Positions 29,487 through 40,985 are shown, counted from the stretch's first letter. The stretch is DNA of 64,000 nt from an uncultured beta proteobacterium (GCA_963709555.1 CAVPWR010000008.1:503573-567572), one strand, 5' to 3'. Numbers and translations are program-made. Notes: generated by a model from the letters alone, not told the origin.

Positions 29487-30579
29487 GGGCGTAGGCAAGC
29501 GCGGCGACCGCGCTGTAGGAAAGGATGGCGTTGCCGCCGGTGAGCGGCGCGATCTCGCCGCCGCAATAACCGCCGATTACCGGCAGACCGGGGTAGCGAT
29601 TACTCAGCACGGCGAGGTCGTGGTCGGTTCCGCCGTAGAAATACGGCCCGCGGCCGATGCAGGAGAAGAGCAGCGCAAACTCCGGGATCTGCCCCGCGTG
29701 GTCCTCCTGCAGCAGCATGACGCCGCGCCGCAGTTCCATCTCGGCCGACAGCGGGTGGCGCAGGGCCCAGAATATTTGCGTGCCCGGTTCGAGTGCGGCG
29801 CCCAGCGTCACGGTGCCGTCACCGGGATTGACAGCGAGGATCGGCACCAGCGTATAGCGGCCTTCGGCGGCGGCGCGTTCCAGCCCGATGTCGCTGTCGA
29901 TCACGGCGGCGAAGAGAAAGCCGAGTGGCAGGTTGTCGGCGTCGCGCAGTTCGACGGGCAGGCGCGCCAGCAGCGTCTGCAATGGCGGATCGTCCCCGAT
30001 CCGCAGCAGTTCATAGCCGTCGACATCGGTGACTTCGAGCGCGCCGGAAATGGCCTGCATGCCGCGCGAGACGGCGAGCCCGAATTGCCCGCCCTGCAGC
30101 GCGGCTTCGCAGCGGCCCTCGACCTGCCACTTGCCGTGGTTCCAGACCGCGCTGACGGCGTGGTGGTCGTCGCCGGTGGCAAGCGCGCCGAATCGTGGTG
30201 TGGTGACGTTCATCCACGCGGCGTCGAGTGCGTCGGGCATCGCCAGGGACAGCCGCGGTGCATCGCCGGCGGGTGGAACCAGGGTGGCGCCGCCGGTCAG
30301 CACCAGTGCGGCGGCGGCCGGTTGGTCAAGCGCCCAGGCCTGTTCGGTGAATACGCCGGGCGTGGTGCCGCCGAACACCTGCAGGCAGTTGCCGGCGCGC
30401 GATGCGGCGGTGACGGCGGCCTGCGGTGCCCGGGCGAAGTGGGGCGTCAGCAGTAGCACGATGCTGTGTGCCACCTCGGCGCCGCAGCGCGCCAGTGCCG
30501 TGGTCACGGCGTGGGCGGCGAGCTCGGGGCGCGCTTCCGGATTGGAAGCGAAACCGGTGGCGGCCGTCACCGGCTTCAA
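29467..30579 (-). CDS. FIST domain protein
   Basis: FSCIGRGPYFYG..D, GGYCGGEIAP. Confidence 0.88.
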   Translation of the reverse strand: MKPVTAATGFASNPEARPELAAHAVTTALARCGAEVAHSIVLLLTPHFARAPQAAVTAASRAGNCLQVFGGTTPGVFTEQAWALDQPAAAALVLTGGATLVPPAGDAPRLSLAMPDALDAAWMNVTTPRFGALATGDDHHAVSAVWNHGKWQVEGRCEAALQGGQFGLAVSRGMQAISGALEVTDVDGYELLRIGDDPPLQTLLARLPVELRDADNLPLGFLFAAVIDSDIGLERAAAEGRYTLVPILAVNPGDGTVTLGAALEPGTQIFWALRHPLSAEMELRRGVMLLQEDHAGQIPEFALLFSCIGRGPYFYGGTDHDLAVLSNRYPGLPVIGGYCGGEIAPLTGGNAILSYSAVAALAYAHVQSES

Positions 30580-31208
30580 GGCGTCTTGTCCTTGAATTCG
30601 CAGAGGTCGCGAATGGCGCAGGCCGGGCAGTCGGGCTTGCGCGCCTTGCAGGTGTAGCGGCCGAGCAGGATCAGCCAGTGGTGGGCGTGGTGGCGATAGT
30701 CGGCCGGCACCGCGCGCAGCAGCTTGTCCTCGACCGCGCGCACGTCACTGCCCGGGGCGAGGCCGGTGCGGTTGGCGACGCGGAAGATGTGGGTATCCAC
30801 CGCGATGGTCGGTTCGCCGAAGACGATGTTGAGCACGACGTTGGCCGTCTTGCGGCCGACGCCGGGCAGGGCCTCGAGGGCGGCGCGATCATGCGGCACC
30901 TCGCCGCCATGCTGTTCGGCGACGATGCGGGCGGTTGCCAGCACGTTCCTGGCCTTGGTCTTGTAGAGGCCGATGGTCTTGATGTAGTCGGCGAGTTTTT
31001 CACCACCGAGCGCGGCGATGGCCTGCGGCGTTGCCGCGTCGCGGAAGAGTTGCCGCGTCGCGAGGTTCACGCCCTTGTCGGTCGCCTGCGCCGACAGGAT
31101 GACGGCGACCAGCAGCTGGAACGGGGTGGCGTATTCCAGCTCGGTCGCCGGTGCCGGGTTGGCCGCGGCCAGCCGCGCGAACAGCTCGCGGCGGTCGGCG
31201 AGCTTCAT
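30576..31208 (-). CDS. nth: Endonuclease III
   Basis: LSAQATD, LPGVGRKTANVV HhH motif, VDTHIFRV, C-x6-C-x2-C-x5-C. Confidence 0.96.
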   Translation of the reverse strand: MKLADRRELFARLAAANPAPATELEYATPFQLLVAVILSAQATDKGVNLATRQLFRDAATPQAIAALGGEKLADYIKTIGLYKTKARNVLATARIVAEQHGGEVPHDRAALEALPGVGRKTANVVLNIVFGEPTIAVDTHIFRVANRTGLAPGSDVRAVEDKLLRAVPADYRHHAHHWLILLGRYTCKARKPDCPACAIRDLCEFKDKTP

Positions 31209-31324
31209 GCCTCCGCCGGGCCGACCCGGGGCCCTCGCCGGGTTGGAGGGCAAGGAGGCATGCGCGGTTTGCCCCCTCCGGGGGTGGGGGGCAGCGAACG
31301 GGGTTTGTGAGCGTGGGGGGCCAC
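31205..31324 (-). repeat. Family-1 repeat, copy B (39-aa mini-ORF between the MCP and nth)
   Basis: GTG overlaps the MCP TAG; ends GGAGGCATGA overlapping the nth ATG. Confidence 0.82.
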
Positions 31325-32505
31325 TATGACAACTTGAAGAGGTGGACCTCGTTGTTGAGCGCGCGGGAACCTTCGCCCAGGTGGTGGCAGGCCTCGTCGC
31401 AGCTCTGGGTGCTGGCGAGCGTGGTCTCGGTGCCGCGTTCGATGCCCTGGACGCGCTGCAGGATGTCGGCGACGACGCTGTGCTGGTCGGCCGCCCCGGC
31501 GGCGATGCGGTCCATCATGGTCGAGACGTCGCGCACCCGCTCGAGAATCTCGTTGAGCGAGGCACCGGCCTTGTGGGCGCGATCGACGCCGTCCTGCACC
31601 TGGGTCTGGCTGGTTTCCATGCTGACCACGGTTTGCCGCACCTGGTCCTGGATGCCGCTGATCATCTTGCTGATTTCCTCGGTGGCGGACCCGGTCTTCT
31701 CGGCCAGCTTGCGCACCTCGTCGGCGACCACGGCGAAGCCGCGGCCCTGCTCGCCGGCGCGCGCCGCCTCGATGGCGGCGTTGAGCGCCAGCAGGTTGGT
31801 CTGTTCGGCGATGCCGCGAATGGTGGCGATGATGGCGCCGATTTCTTCGGAGCGCTGGCCGAGCTGGTGGATCTGCCCCGAGGCCTGCGATACCGACTGC
31901 TCGATCTGGCCCATGCCGGAAATCGATTCCTGCACCACGCTTTGCCCGGCGCCGGCCACCACGAGGGCGTTCTGCGCCGAGTCGGCGACGCTGCGCGCGG
32001 TGTCGGCGATGTCGGAAACCGTGCCGGACAGATGGTCCACGGCGGACACGATTTCGCGCGCGCTCTGCGCCTGGCCCGAGAACTCGTCGCGCACGCCGCC
32101 GATCAGGCGCTGGATGAGTTGGGCGTCGTCCTCGACCTTGCCGCTCATGCTGGCCACCTGTCCGATCAGGTCGCGCAGGTTGGCCGCCATCTTGTTGAAG
32201 GCGGAAATGATCTCGCCGATGGTGTCATTGCTCTCCATCGAACAGACGTGGGTGAGGTTGCGCTCCGATATCTCGGTGGCGACGGTGGCGATGCGGCGCA
32301 GCGGCTTCACCAGGATGCGGCTGACCAGCCAGTAGTTGGCGATGCCGACCATGGCGCCGGCGATCATCGCCGAGACGAAGAACCAGCCGTACATGCCCGG
32401 CTTCCAATTGACGAAGAAGTCGGCAAAAAACGGAAAGATGAAGCCGATGCCGAGGCCGAAGGCCAGGGAAGCTATCAGCAGGGTCTTGAGGATGCTGGGT
32501 TTCAT
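31324..32505 (-). CDS. Methyl-accepting chemotaxis protein (2 TM, HAMP, MCP signal domain)
   Basis: [37 protein letters not shown]. Confidence 0.95.
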   Translation of the reverse strand: MKPSILKTLLIASLAFGLGIGFIFPFFADFFVNWKPGMYGWFFVSAMIAGAMVGIANYWLVSRILVKPLRRIATVATEISERNLTHVCSMESNDTIGEIISAFNKMAANLRDLIGQVASMSGKVEDDAQLIQRLIGGVRDEFSGQAQSAREIVSAVDHLSGTVSDIADTARSVADSAQNALVVAGAGQSVVQESISGMGQIEQSVSQASGQIHQLGQRSEEIGAIIATIRGIAEQTNLLALNAAIEAARAGEQGRGFAVVADEVRKLAEKTGSATEEISKMISGIQDQVRQTVVSMETSQTQVQDGVDRAHKAGASLNEILERVRDVSTMMDRIAAGAADQHSVVADILQRVQGIERGTETTLASTQSCDEACHHLGEGSRALNNEVHLFKLS

Positions 32506-32567
32506 GGGGAGCTTTCCTGTGTGACTAGCGTTGATTATTCAACTTTATACCATCCTTACCCTCGAAC

Positions 32568-33257
32568 TCAGGGCTGGGCCGATGTGATCGCGACGGGATG
32601 GCTGCGTTGCAGGTGGATGCGCTGGTTGGCGCGGTAATCGAGCCAGTTGCGGCCGGCGACCAGCAGGCCGAGGACGAAGAAGGCGCCGGGCGGCAGGATG
32701 GCGATGAGGAAGCCGGGATAGTCGGCCGGCAGCACCTGGATGGCGGAGGCGGAGGGGAAGATCATCTCGATTCCCGAGAACAGCGTGCCCTGACCGATGA
32801 TTTCGCGGATCGCCCCGAGCAGGCCGATGACCCAGACGAAGCCGACGCCCATCATGATGCCGTCCAGGGTTGCCGCCGGCATCGAATTCTTCGCGGCGAA
32901 GGCTTCGACCCGTGCCAGCACGATGCAGTTGGTGACGATCAGCGGGATGAAAATGCCCAGCACCAGGTAAAGGTCGTGGAGGAAGGCGTTGAAGGCGAGG
33001 TCGACCACGGTGACCAGGGCGGCGATGATCAGTACGAATACGGGGATGCGGATCTCGTGGGGGATGAAGCCGCGCAGCATGGAGATGGCGAGGTTGGACA
33101 TGCCCATGACGACGATGGTGGCGAGCCCGAGGCTGACGGCATTGACCAGGTTGGTGCTCACCGCCAGCAGCGGGCAGAGACCGAGCAGCTGGGCGAGGAT
33201 TGCATTCTGTTTCCACAGGCCGTTATGGGCGATTTCCTTGAAGGTACTCATGGTCAT
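32568..33257 (-). CDS. rnfE: Rnf complex subunit E
   Basis: LLGLCPLLAV, RIPVFVLIIA, FIPLIVTNC, LPPGAF. Confidence 0.95.
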   Translation of the reverse strand: MTMSTFKEIAHNGLWKQNAILAQLLGLCPLLAVSTNLVNAVSLGLATIVVMGMSNLAISMLRGFIPHEIRIPVFVLIIAALVTVVDLAFNAFLHDLYLVLGIFIPLIVTNCIVLARVEAFAAKNSMPAATLDGIMMGVGFVWVIGLLGAIREIIGQGTLFSGIEMIFPSASAIQVLPADYPGFLIAILPPGAFFVLGLLVAGRNWLDYRANQRIHLQRSHPVAITSAQP

Positions 33258-33331
33258 GCCTCCTGACGGGCCGCCCCGAAGGAGGCAGAGCCCCCTGTGG
33301 GGGCAGCGAACGAAGTGAGCGTGGGGGCCAT
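33254..33331 (-). repeat. Family-1 repeat, copy C (25-aa mini-ORF between rnfG and rnfE)
   Basis: ATG 2 nt after the rnfG TAA; ends AGGAGGCATGA overlapping the rnfE ATG. Confidence 0.85.
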
Positions 33332-33333
33332 CT

Positions 33334-34059
33334 TTATTCCTCGAATGCCTGGCCGGCGGGCAGTTCAAAAAGTTTCGTGCTGCGTTCGTGCGCCCACAAC
33401 AACGCGCGGCCCGAGGCGTTGGTGACGGCGCGCGCCGAGATGGTGGCGCCGGCGCGCTGGTCGAAGCGGCCGCCGTCCTTCTTCACTTTCCATTTCTTGC
33501 CGAGCACGTTGTCGTAGCCGAGGCCGTCGAATTGCCTGATCCACGGGCTGGCCTTGTTCTTGTCCTTCTTCGGGTCGATGTAATCGCCCAGCCCCGGCGT
33601 CTCCTTGTGCTGGGTGACGCGTTGCGCCAGCAGGCGGCCGTCGGCGGAGACGGCGAGGATCAGGCCGATGCGGCCGCTGTAGCCATCGGGCGCCGCGGTC
33701 TCGAGCACCAGCGCCACCGGCTGCCCGGCCAGTCGCGCGCGGTAGAGCGTGGTCGCGTCGTCGAGTCCTAGCGCATTCAGCGGCGGCAGGGTGATCGCAT
33801 CGTCGAGCAGCTTGTTGTCGTAGGCCAGCGGCGGCAGCACCTCGCCGATCAGACGCAGCTTCTCGGCCTGGGCGCTGGCCTCGACCATGGGTTGAGTGAG
33901 CTTGTAGGTGCCGGCCATCAGGGCCGTGAAGGCGAGAGTGAACAGCAGCAGGATCACCGCAGTGCGCGCCGAAATGCGCATGATCGAGGAAGTCGGCGCT
34001 GGCGCCACGGTGAGGTGGGCATCCGCGGCCGGAGCGTCGTGCGGCAAGGAGTCGCTCAT
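33334..34059 (-). CDS. rnfG: Rnf complex subunit G
   Basis: APDGYSG, HKETPGLGD, W.VKKDGG.FD...GATIS FMN site. Confidence 0.93.
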   Translation of the reverse strand: MSDSLPHDAPAADAHLTVAPAPTSSIMRISARTAVILLLFTLAFTALMAGTYKLTQPMVEASAQAEKLRLIGEVLPPLAYDNKLLDDAITLPPLNALGLDDATTLYRARLAGQPVALVLETAAPDGYSGRIGLILAVSADGRLLAQRVTQHKETPGLGDYIDPKKDKNKASPWIRQFDGLGYDNVLGKKWKVKKDGGRFDQRAGATISARAVTNASGRALLWAHERSTKLFELPAGQAFEE

Positions 34060-35080
34060 GCCTTGCCTCCATCCTTCTTGTGGCCGAACACCGGCGGCTG
34101 GGTGTGCATGTCGATCAGCGGCACGCAGAGGTTCATCAGCAGCGTGGCGAAGGCGATGCCGTCGGGATAGGCGCCGAAGGTGCGGATGATCCAGGTGAAC
34201 AGCGCGATGCCGGCGGCGAAGATCAGCTTGCCGCGCGGCGTGGTGGCGCCGGACACCGGGTCGGTGGCGATGAAGAAGGCGCAGAGCATGGCGCCGCCGG
34301 TGAAGGCCTGGAATACCGGGCCGGCATAGGCGGCGGGGTTGATCGTGCTGGCGATGGCGGCGATGACGACCAGCGTGGCGAGGAAGGCCGTGGGGATGTG
34401 CCAGGTGATGATGCGTTGCTGGATCAGCCAGATGCCGCCGATCAGGTAGCCGAGCGCGACCCATTCCCAGCCCCTGCCGCCGATGTTGCCGAAGGTGGCG
34501 TGCGAGCCGAGGATGCCGGCGACGGTGGCACGCGCATCGGCCGTGTGCAATTGCGTGCGCAGGGCGTCGAGCGGGGTGGCCATGACGATGGCGTCGAGAT
34601 GGCGCTCGGCCCCGCCGAAGATCGCCGTCAGCTGCACGGAAAAGTCGGTGAAGCCGACCGCAGGCCACTGCGACATCAGCAGCGGATAGGCGACGATCAT
34701 CAGGCAGTAGGCCGCCATCGCCGGGTTGAAAGGGTTCTGGCCGAGGCCGCCGTAAAGGTGCTTGACGACGACGATGGCGAACAGCGTCGCCGCCACGCCC
34801 AGCCACCAGGGTGCGATCGGCGGGAAGGTGAGGGCGATCAGCCAGGCGGTGACCACGGCGCTGCCGTCGGAGACGAACAGCCAGACCGGCTTTTTGCGGA
34901 TGGCCAGCATCGCCGCATTCGCCAGCCAGCGCGGCGACGGAGCAGAGCGCGAGCTGCACCAGGATCGCCGGGCCGAAGAACCAGACGTAGGCGGCGAGCC
35001 CCGGCAGCAGCGCGGCCAGCACCTTGAGCATCACGCTGCGGACGCTGGCGGGCTGGAGGAAGTAGGGCGAGTTGTTCGAG
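34056..35080 (-). CDS. rnfD: Rnf complex subunit D (frameshift near 34920 and start codon missing as sequenced)
   Basis: SPY..P.SV..VM, KHLYGGLGQNPFNPAM, ATPLD, FFIATDPVS, YPDGIAFA. Confidence 0.88.
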
Positions 35081-35083
35081 CGA

Positions 35084-36815
35084 TCAGTGGCGTCTTCGTC
35101 TGCGGCGGGCCGCCTTGGCCGATTTCGCGCAGCTTGGCGCGGCGGGCCTCGATCTCGGCGATTTCGGCCTGCGTTTCCGGGCTCAGCTGCTCGGTGTTTT
35201 CCGGGTGCGCCGCGGCCTTCTGCGCCTGGGCGCGGGCCATGGCGGCGGCGATCAGCGCCTTCTTGGCGTCGGCGGCAGCCAGCTGCGCCGGAGGTGCGCG
35301 GCGTCCTCGCCTGCGCGGCGTCGCGGTTTTCTCAGCGGCGTCTGCCGCGGTCTGCCGCTGCCTGCGCCGCCAGCTTGGCCTTGGTCTCGGCGGCCTTGGC
35401 GGCAAGCTTGGCGGCCTTCTCGGCCTTCTCGCGCTCCTCGCGGGCGAGGCGGAACTCGTAGCGTCGCGCGCCGTGTCGGCCGCGGCCTTCTCGTTCTCGC
35501 GCGCCCAGATCTCGCTCTTGGCAAAGCGGATAGTAATCGACCAGCGGGATGCGCGAGGGGCAGACGTAGGCGCAGCAGCCGCATTCGATGCAGTCGAAGA
35601 GGTGGTATTCCTGCGCCTTGCCGAAGATCTTCGCCTGGAGAACCAGTAGATCTCGAACGGCTGCAGGTCGGCCGGACAGGCCAGTGCGCATTCGCCGCAG
35701 CGGATGCAGGGCATCTCGGGCGGCGGCGGCGGGAACAGCGCCTTCGAGCCGGCGAGGATGCAGTTGGTGGCCTTGACCACGGGCACCGTAGGCGGCCGGC
35801 ATGCGAAGCCCATCATCGGCCCGCCCATGATGACGCGGTCGCTGTCGGCGCTTGGCATGGCCAGTGCGATCAGGTCCTTCATCGGCGTGCCGAAGCGCAC
35901 CTCGTAGTTGCGCGCCGTCTCGACGTTGCCGGCGAGGTGACGATGCGCGAGATCAGCGGCCGGCCGAGCTCGAGCGCCTCCCACACGGCGTAGGCGGTGC
36001 CGACGTTGAAGCACTGCACGCCGTAGTCGGTCGAGCGCTTGCCGTGGGGCACCTCGATGCCGGTGAGCACGCGGATCAGTTGCTTGTCGCCGCCGGCGGG
36101 GTAGCGCGTCGGCACGGCGACGACCTCGATGCGTCTCGGCCTTGAGCCGTTCGACCGCGGCCCGCATCGCGGCCACCGCCTCGGGCTTGTTGTCCTCGAT
36201 GCCGACCAGCACCTGCTGCGCCTGCGTCAGGTCGCGCAGGATCGCGGCACCCTGACGATGCCCTCGGCCGCTCGCGCATCTGCATGTCGTCGCAGGTGAT
36301 GAAGGGCTCGCATTCGGCGCCGTTGATCACCAGCGTGTCGAGATGGCCGAGCTTGCCGGGATTGACCTTGAGGTGCGGGGGAACACCGCGCCGCCGAGGC
36401 CGACCACGCCGGCGTCGCGCAGTGCAGTCGCGAATCTCCCCCGGCGACATGGAGCGCCAGGGCACCGGCGGCATGTTCGATCCACTCGTCCTTGCCGTCG
36501 GGATCGATCACCACACAGAGCGCGGAGAGCCCCGAAGTGTGCGGCATCAGCCGCATCTCGACGGCTTTGACGGTGCCCGAGGTCGAGGCATGCACCGCCG
36601 AGGACATGTTGCCGTCCGGGCCGCCGATGAGCTGGCCCTTCTTCACTGCATCGCCGGCGTGCACCAGCGGGTGCGGCGTGCCACCGATGCTCTGGTGCAG
36701 CGGGATGACCAGCTCGGCCGGCAGCGGCGCCTCGGCGATCGGGGAGCTGATTCGACTCGCCCTTGTGGTAGTCGGGCTTGACGCCGCCGTTGAAGCTGAA
36801 GAGCTTCCTCAGCAG
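35084..36815 (-). pseudogene. rnfC: Rnf complex subunit C, broken by many single-base indels as sequenced
   Basis: Fragments [54 protein letters not shown] and [13 protein letters not shown] lie in different frames. Confidence 0.88.
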
Positions 36816-37367
36816 TCACGCGGCCTTCTTCACTTCGAAGATCGGGTAAGTCCACTTCCAGGTTTCGACCGTCTCGGCGATCGGCACCATGGCGATGCAA
36901 TCGACCGGGCAGGGCGGCAGGCACAGCTCGCAGCCCGTGCATTGCAGGGCGACGATGGTGTGCATCTGCTTGGCGGCGCCGACGATGGCGTCGACCGGGC
37001 AGGCCTGGATGCACAGCGTGCAGCCGATGCAGGTCTGTTCGTCGATGAAGGCCACGCTCTTCGGCTTCTCGACGCCATGCTCGGCATCGAGCGGCTTGAA
37101 CTCGCGGCCCAGCAGGTCGGCCAGCTTGCGGATACCTTCCTCGCCGCCGGGCGGGCAGCAGTTGATGTCGGCCTCGCCCTTGGCCACCGCCTGGGCGTAG
37201 GGCTTGCAGCCAGGGTAACCGCACTGGCCGCACTGTGTCTGCGGCAGGATGGCGTCGATCTTCTCGACCAGCGGGTCGCCCTCGACCTTGAAGCGCACGG
37301 CGGCATAGCCGAGCGCAGCGCCGAGGACGATGGCGCCGAGCGCCATGACGAGAATCGCCGAAAGCAT
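36816..37367 (-). CDS. rnfB: Rnf complex subunit B
   Basis: [14 protein letters not shown]; two CxxCxxCxxxCP ferredoxin motifs. Confidence 0.96.
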   Translation of the reverse strand: MLSAILVMALGAIVLGAALGYAAVRFKVEGDPLVEKIDAILPQTQCGQCGYPGCKPYAQAVAKGEADINCCPPGGEEGIRKLADLLGREFKPLDAEHGVEKPKSVAFIDEQTCIGCTLCIQACPVDAIVGAAKQMHTIVALQCTGCELCLPPCPVDCIAMVPIAETVETWKWTYPIFEVKKAA

Positions 37368-37951
37368 TACCGGTACTTGTCCAGCCCGGCGAAGCCCATG
37401 AAGGCGAGGCTCATGAGGCCGGCGGTGATCATGGCGATGGCGGTGCCGCGGAAGAACACCGGCACGTCGGCGCCCTCGAGGCGCTCACGGATGCCGGCGA
37501 ACAGCACCAGCGCCAGGGTGAAGCCCATGGCGCTGCCGAAGCCGAACAGCAGCGACTCGACCAGGTTATGGCGCAGGCCGATGTTGAGCAGCGGAATGCC
37601 GAGCACGGCACAGTTGGTGGTGATCAGCGGCAGGTAGATGCCCAGCACCTGGTGCAGCACCGGGCTGGTCTTCTGGATCACCAGCTCGGTGAGCTGGACG
37701 ATGGCGGCGATGGTGACGATGAACGACAGCGTGCGCAGGTACTGCAGGTCGTTGGGGATCAGCAGCCAGGAATCGATGACGTAGCTGGTGCCGCAGGCCA
37801 GGGTCAGCACGAAGGTGGTGGCCGCGCCCATGCCGACCGCGGTTTCCAGCTTCTTCGACACGCCCATGAACGGGCACAGCCCGAGGATGCGGACGAAGAC
37901 GACGTTGTTGACGAGAACCGCGCCGAGGAGGATGAACAGGTAGCTGGTCAT
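37367..37951 (-). CDS. rnfA: Rnf complex subunit A
   Basis: [33 protein letters not shown]. Confidence 0.96.
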   Translation of the reverse strand: MTSYLFILLGAVLVNNVVFVRILGLCPFMGVSKKLETAVGMGAATTFVLTLACGTSYVIDSWLLIPNDLQYLRTLSFIVTIAAIVQLTELVIQKTSPVLHQVLGIYLPLITTNCAVLGIPLLNIGLRHNLVESLLFGFGSAMGFTLALVLFAGIRERLEGADVPVFFRGTAIAMITAGLMSLAFMGFAGLDKYR

Positions 37952-38085
37952 GGTGCGTGGCCGTGGTGCCGACGCGCGAGCGGAAAGAGTGATTATCGCC
38001 GGTTTGGCGGGGCCGAACAACCCTGAAACCCGCGTCGGTATTCGCTTGGCGGGCCGTCGCGGAGCTTGCGGGAGGCTGACGAAAG

Positions 38086-39234
38086 TCAGTCGAAAGCCGC
38101 CGCCGCGTAGGGTCGTCCGCTGTCGGCGGCAAGCCCGGCGTGGGTCACCGTGCCGCGATGTACCTGCAGGCCGGCGGCGAGCCCTGGATCGGCGGCGCAG
38201 GCCTGCTGCAGGCCCCTGCGGGTCAATGCCAGGACGTGGGACAGCGTCGCCCGGGACAGCGCCAGGGTGGCGGTGCGGGCTACTGCCGCGGGCATGTTGG
38301 GCACGCAGTAATGGACGATGCCTTCCTCGACGAAAAGCGGCGATGTATGGGAGGTGGGCTTCGAGGTTTCCGCGATGCCGCCCTGATCGATGGCGACATC
38401 GACCAGTACCGAGCCGGGACGCATGCGCCGCAGAAGTGTGCGGTCGATCAGGTGTGGTGCGCTTGCGCCGGGGATCAGCACCGCGCCGATCACCAGGTCG
38501 GCATCCGCGATGGCGCGGGCGAGCGCATGCGGCTCGGCGATGGCCGTCGCGATGCGTCCGGCATAAAAGACGTCAAGCGCCGCGAGCCTTTCCGGGCCGC
38601 GGTCGAATAGCGTCACGGCGGCGCCCATGCCGACGGCGATCTGCGTCGCGTTGGCGCCGACGTTGCCGGCGCCGATCACCACCACCTTCGCCGGCGGCAC
38701 CGGGGTGGGGGCAGGCACGCCGCCGAGCAGCACGCCGGAGCCGCCGTTGGCCATTTGCAGCGCCCAGGCCCCGACCTGCGGCGCCAGGCGGCCGGCGATG
38801 CACGACATCGGCGCCAATAATGGCAACTGAGGCGGCAACTGAGGCGGCAGGCCGCCGCTGGCATCGGTGACGGTCTCGTAGGCGAGGCAGCTCACGCCGG
38901 CGTCGAGCATCGCCTGCAGCAGCACCGGTTCCGGCGCGAAGTGGTGGTAGCAGAAGAGGATCTGCCCCGGGTGCGTCAGCGCGAATTCCGGCGGCTGCAG
39001 TTCCTTGACCTTGACGATCAACCCGGCGGCGCCATAGACCTCGGCCGGCGTCGACGCGATGCGCGCGCCGGCGGCGACGTAGTCGGCATCGGCGAAACCG
39101 ACCCGCGCGCCGGCGTTGGTTTCGACGACCACCGTGCCGCCAGCGCCGACTATTTTCGCCACGCCCGCCGGCGTCAGGCCGACGCGGTATTCGTGGTTCT
39201 TGGTTTCCTTCGGGCAGCCGACGACGGCGACCAT
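38086..39234 (-). CDS. ald: Alanine dehydrogenase
   Basis: [44 protein letters not shown]. Confidence 0.93.
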   Translation of the reverse strand: MVAVVGCPKETKNHEYRVGLTPAGVAKIVGAGGTVVVETNAGARVGFADADYVAAGARIASTPAEVYGAAGLIVKVKELQPPEFALTHPGQILFCYHHFAPEPVLLQAMLDAGVSCLAYETVTDASGGLPPQLPPQLPLLAPMSCIAGRLAPQVGAWALQMANGGSGVLLGGVPAPTPVPPAKVVVIGAGNVGANATQIAVGMGAAVTLFDRGPERLAALDVFYAGRIATAIAEPHALARAIADADLVIGAVLIPGASAPHLIDRTLLRRMRPGSVLVDVAIDQGGIAETSKPTSHTSPLFVEEGIVHYCVPNMPAAVARTATLALSRATLSHVLALTRRGLQQACAADPGLAAGLQVHRGTVTHAGLAADSGRPYAAAAFD

Positions 39235-39243
39235 GGAATTACC

Positions 39244-39651
39244 TCATGGCTCGACGATGCCGACACCCGATTTCTTGGCGGCGATTCTCAGCTTGCCGTC
39301 CTTTGCGGCAATCGGGAGCTTGAAGCGCATTGCCAGCTCCAGATACGCGGCGTCGTAAGCGGACAAGTCGAATGTCTGGGCCAGCGACAGCAAACGCTCG
39401 GGCGGGACGATGGCGCGGTCAACGTGAATCGGCAGCCCCAACTCATACGACACCGCGAGGCGGGCGTCGTCGTCGGCAAGAATGCCTCGCCTGGCGGCGG
39501 TTCTGGCGACATTGACCAATTCCAGTTCCCACAGCGGCGGCACATGGGCGGTCTCGCGGCGGAGCATTTCCAGTACCGCATCGGTATAGGGTGTGGCCTG
39601 ACCGGCCAGATACCAGCCGGACACCACGGAATTGTCTACGACGAACGGCAT
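39244..39651 (-). CDS. vapC: VapC/PIN-domain toxin
   Basis: FVVDNS, VPPLWELELVN, LSAYDAAYLELA, D.KL. Confidence 0.88.
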   Translation of the reverse strand: MPFVVDNSVVSGWYLAGQATPYTDAVLEMLRRETAHVPPLWELELVNVARTAARRGILADDDARLAVSYELGLPIHVDRAIVPPERLLSLAQTFDLSAYDAAYLELAMRFKLPIAAKDGKLRIAAKKSGVGIVEP

Positions 39652-39830
39652 CAGTCCCTGCCGTCCACGATGGCCTCGCGCAGGTCAAGCGTGCCGTGCT
39701 GCCCTTTTCTGATCCGCTTGAGCCGGGCAATCAGTAAATCGACCTCGCTGACGACCTTTGCGGTCTTCGGCGCGGCGGCGGATTTCGGGGCCTTGCCGGT
39801 CTTCGGCTTCTTCATGACTGCGGGGGGCAT
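39651..39830 (-). CDS. Putative antitoxin (59 aa) coupled to vapC
   Basis: AAAGGA RBS; TGATG overlap with vapC; C-terminal LREAIVDGRD. Confidence 0.62.
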   Translation of the reverse strand: MPPAVMKKPKTGKAPKSAAAPKTAKVVSEVDLLIARLKRIRKGQHGTLDLREAIVDGRD

Positions 39831-39955
39831 GGTGATTCCTTTCTGCTGCAAGCGGAGAGCGGGACAAGAATAACGCAAGTCAATCCATTCGCCGAGGCAA
39901 TCCGGTGTCACGAACCTCGCCGGATCGGGGAAGTGCGGCGGCACGCCTGGCGTGC

Positions 39956-40969
39956 TTATCGCGTCGCCGCCACGCATTCCTTGACGAGTTCGGGTCCGCG
40001 ATAGATCAGGCCGGAATAGATCTGCACCAGCGCGGCGCCGGCCTCCAGCTTGGCTTTCGCCTTCGCACCGTCGGTGATGCCGCCGGCGGCGATGATCGGC
40101 AGCTCGCCGGCGAGAGCGGTGGCGAGCTTTCTTACCACTTCGGTGGACTTCTCGAATACCGGCGCGCCGGAGAGCCCGCCGGTTTCGCTGCCGTGCGGCA
40201 GGTGTTCGACGCCCTCGCGCGACAGCGTGGTGTTGGTGGCGATCACCGCCTCGATGCGGTGGCGGCGCAGGGCGTCGGCGATGCCGGTGATCTGCGCGTC
40301 GTCGAGGTCGGGGGCGATCTTCAGTGCCAGCGGCACGTGGCGGCCATGCTGCTGCGCCAGTTGTGCCTGGCGTGCCTTCAGCGCGCCGAGCAGGGCGTCG
40401 AGCTCGGCGTCGCCCTGCAGCTGGCGCAGGTTCTTGGTGTTGGGGCTGGAGATGTTGACCGTGACGTAGCTGGCGTGGGCATAGACCTGGTCGAGGCAGG
40501 CGAGGTAGTCGGCGGCGGCCTTGTCGATCGGCGTGTCGAAGTTCTTGCCGATGTTGATGCCGAGGATGCCCTTGAATTTCGCGGCCTTGACGTTCGCCAC
40601 CAGCGCAGCGACGCCGTGGTTGTTGAAGCCCATGCGGTTGATCACGCCCATGGCCTCGGGCAGGCGGAACAGGCGCGGCTTGGGGTTGCCCGGCTGCGGC
40701 CGCGGCGTGACGGTGCCGATCTCGAGGAAGCCCCAGCCCCAGCCGGCGAGCGCGTCGATGGCTTCGCCGTTCTTGTCGAGGCCGGCGGCCATGCCGACGG
40801 GATTGGGGAAGTCGAGGCCCATCACCGCTACCCGGCGTCCGGGCAGCGGGCGCGCGGCGGGGGCGAGGCCCGAGCGACCCAGTGCCTTCATGCCGGCGAT
40901 GGACATTTCGTGGGCGGCTTCGGGGTCGAGGGCGAAGACGAAAGGCTTGAGGAGGCAGTAGGGGAGCAT
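39956..40969 (-). CDS. pyrD: Quinone-dependent dihydroorotate dehydrogenase
   Basis: [28 protein letters not shown]. Confidence 0.96.
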   Translation of the reverse strand: MLPYCLLKPFVFALDPEAAHEMSIAGMKALGRSGLAPAARPLPGRRVAVMGLDFPNPVGMAAGLDKNGEAIDALAGWGWGFLEIGTVTPRPQPGNPKPRLFRLPEAMGVINRMGFNNHGVAALVANVKAAKFKGILGINIGKNFDTPIDKAAADYLACLDQVYAHASYVTVNISSPNTKNLRQLQGDAELDALLGALKARQAQLAQQHGRHVPLALKIAPDLDDAQITGIADALRRHRIEAVIATNTTLSREGVEHLPHGSETGGLSGAPVFEKSTEVVRKLATALAGELPIIAAGGITDGAKAKAKLEAGAALVQIYSGLIYRGPELVKECVAATR

Positions 40970-40985
40970 GAGGAGCGGGGGCGGA

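Noticed and set aside
32531..32542. TTGATTATTCAA as an FNR box upstream of the MCP
   Set aside because: The dyad is 12 bp; FNR requires TTGAT-N4-ATCAA (14 bp).
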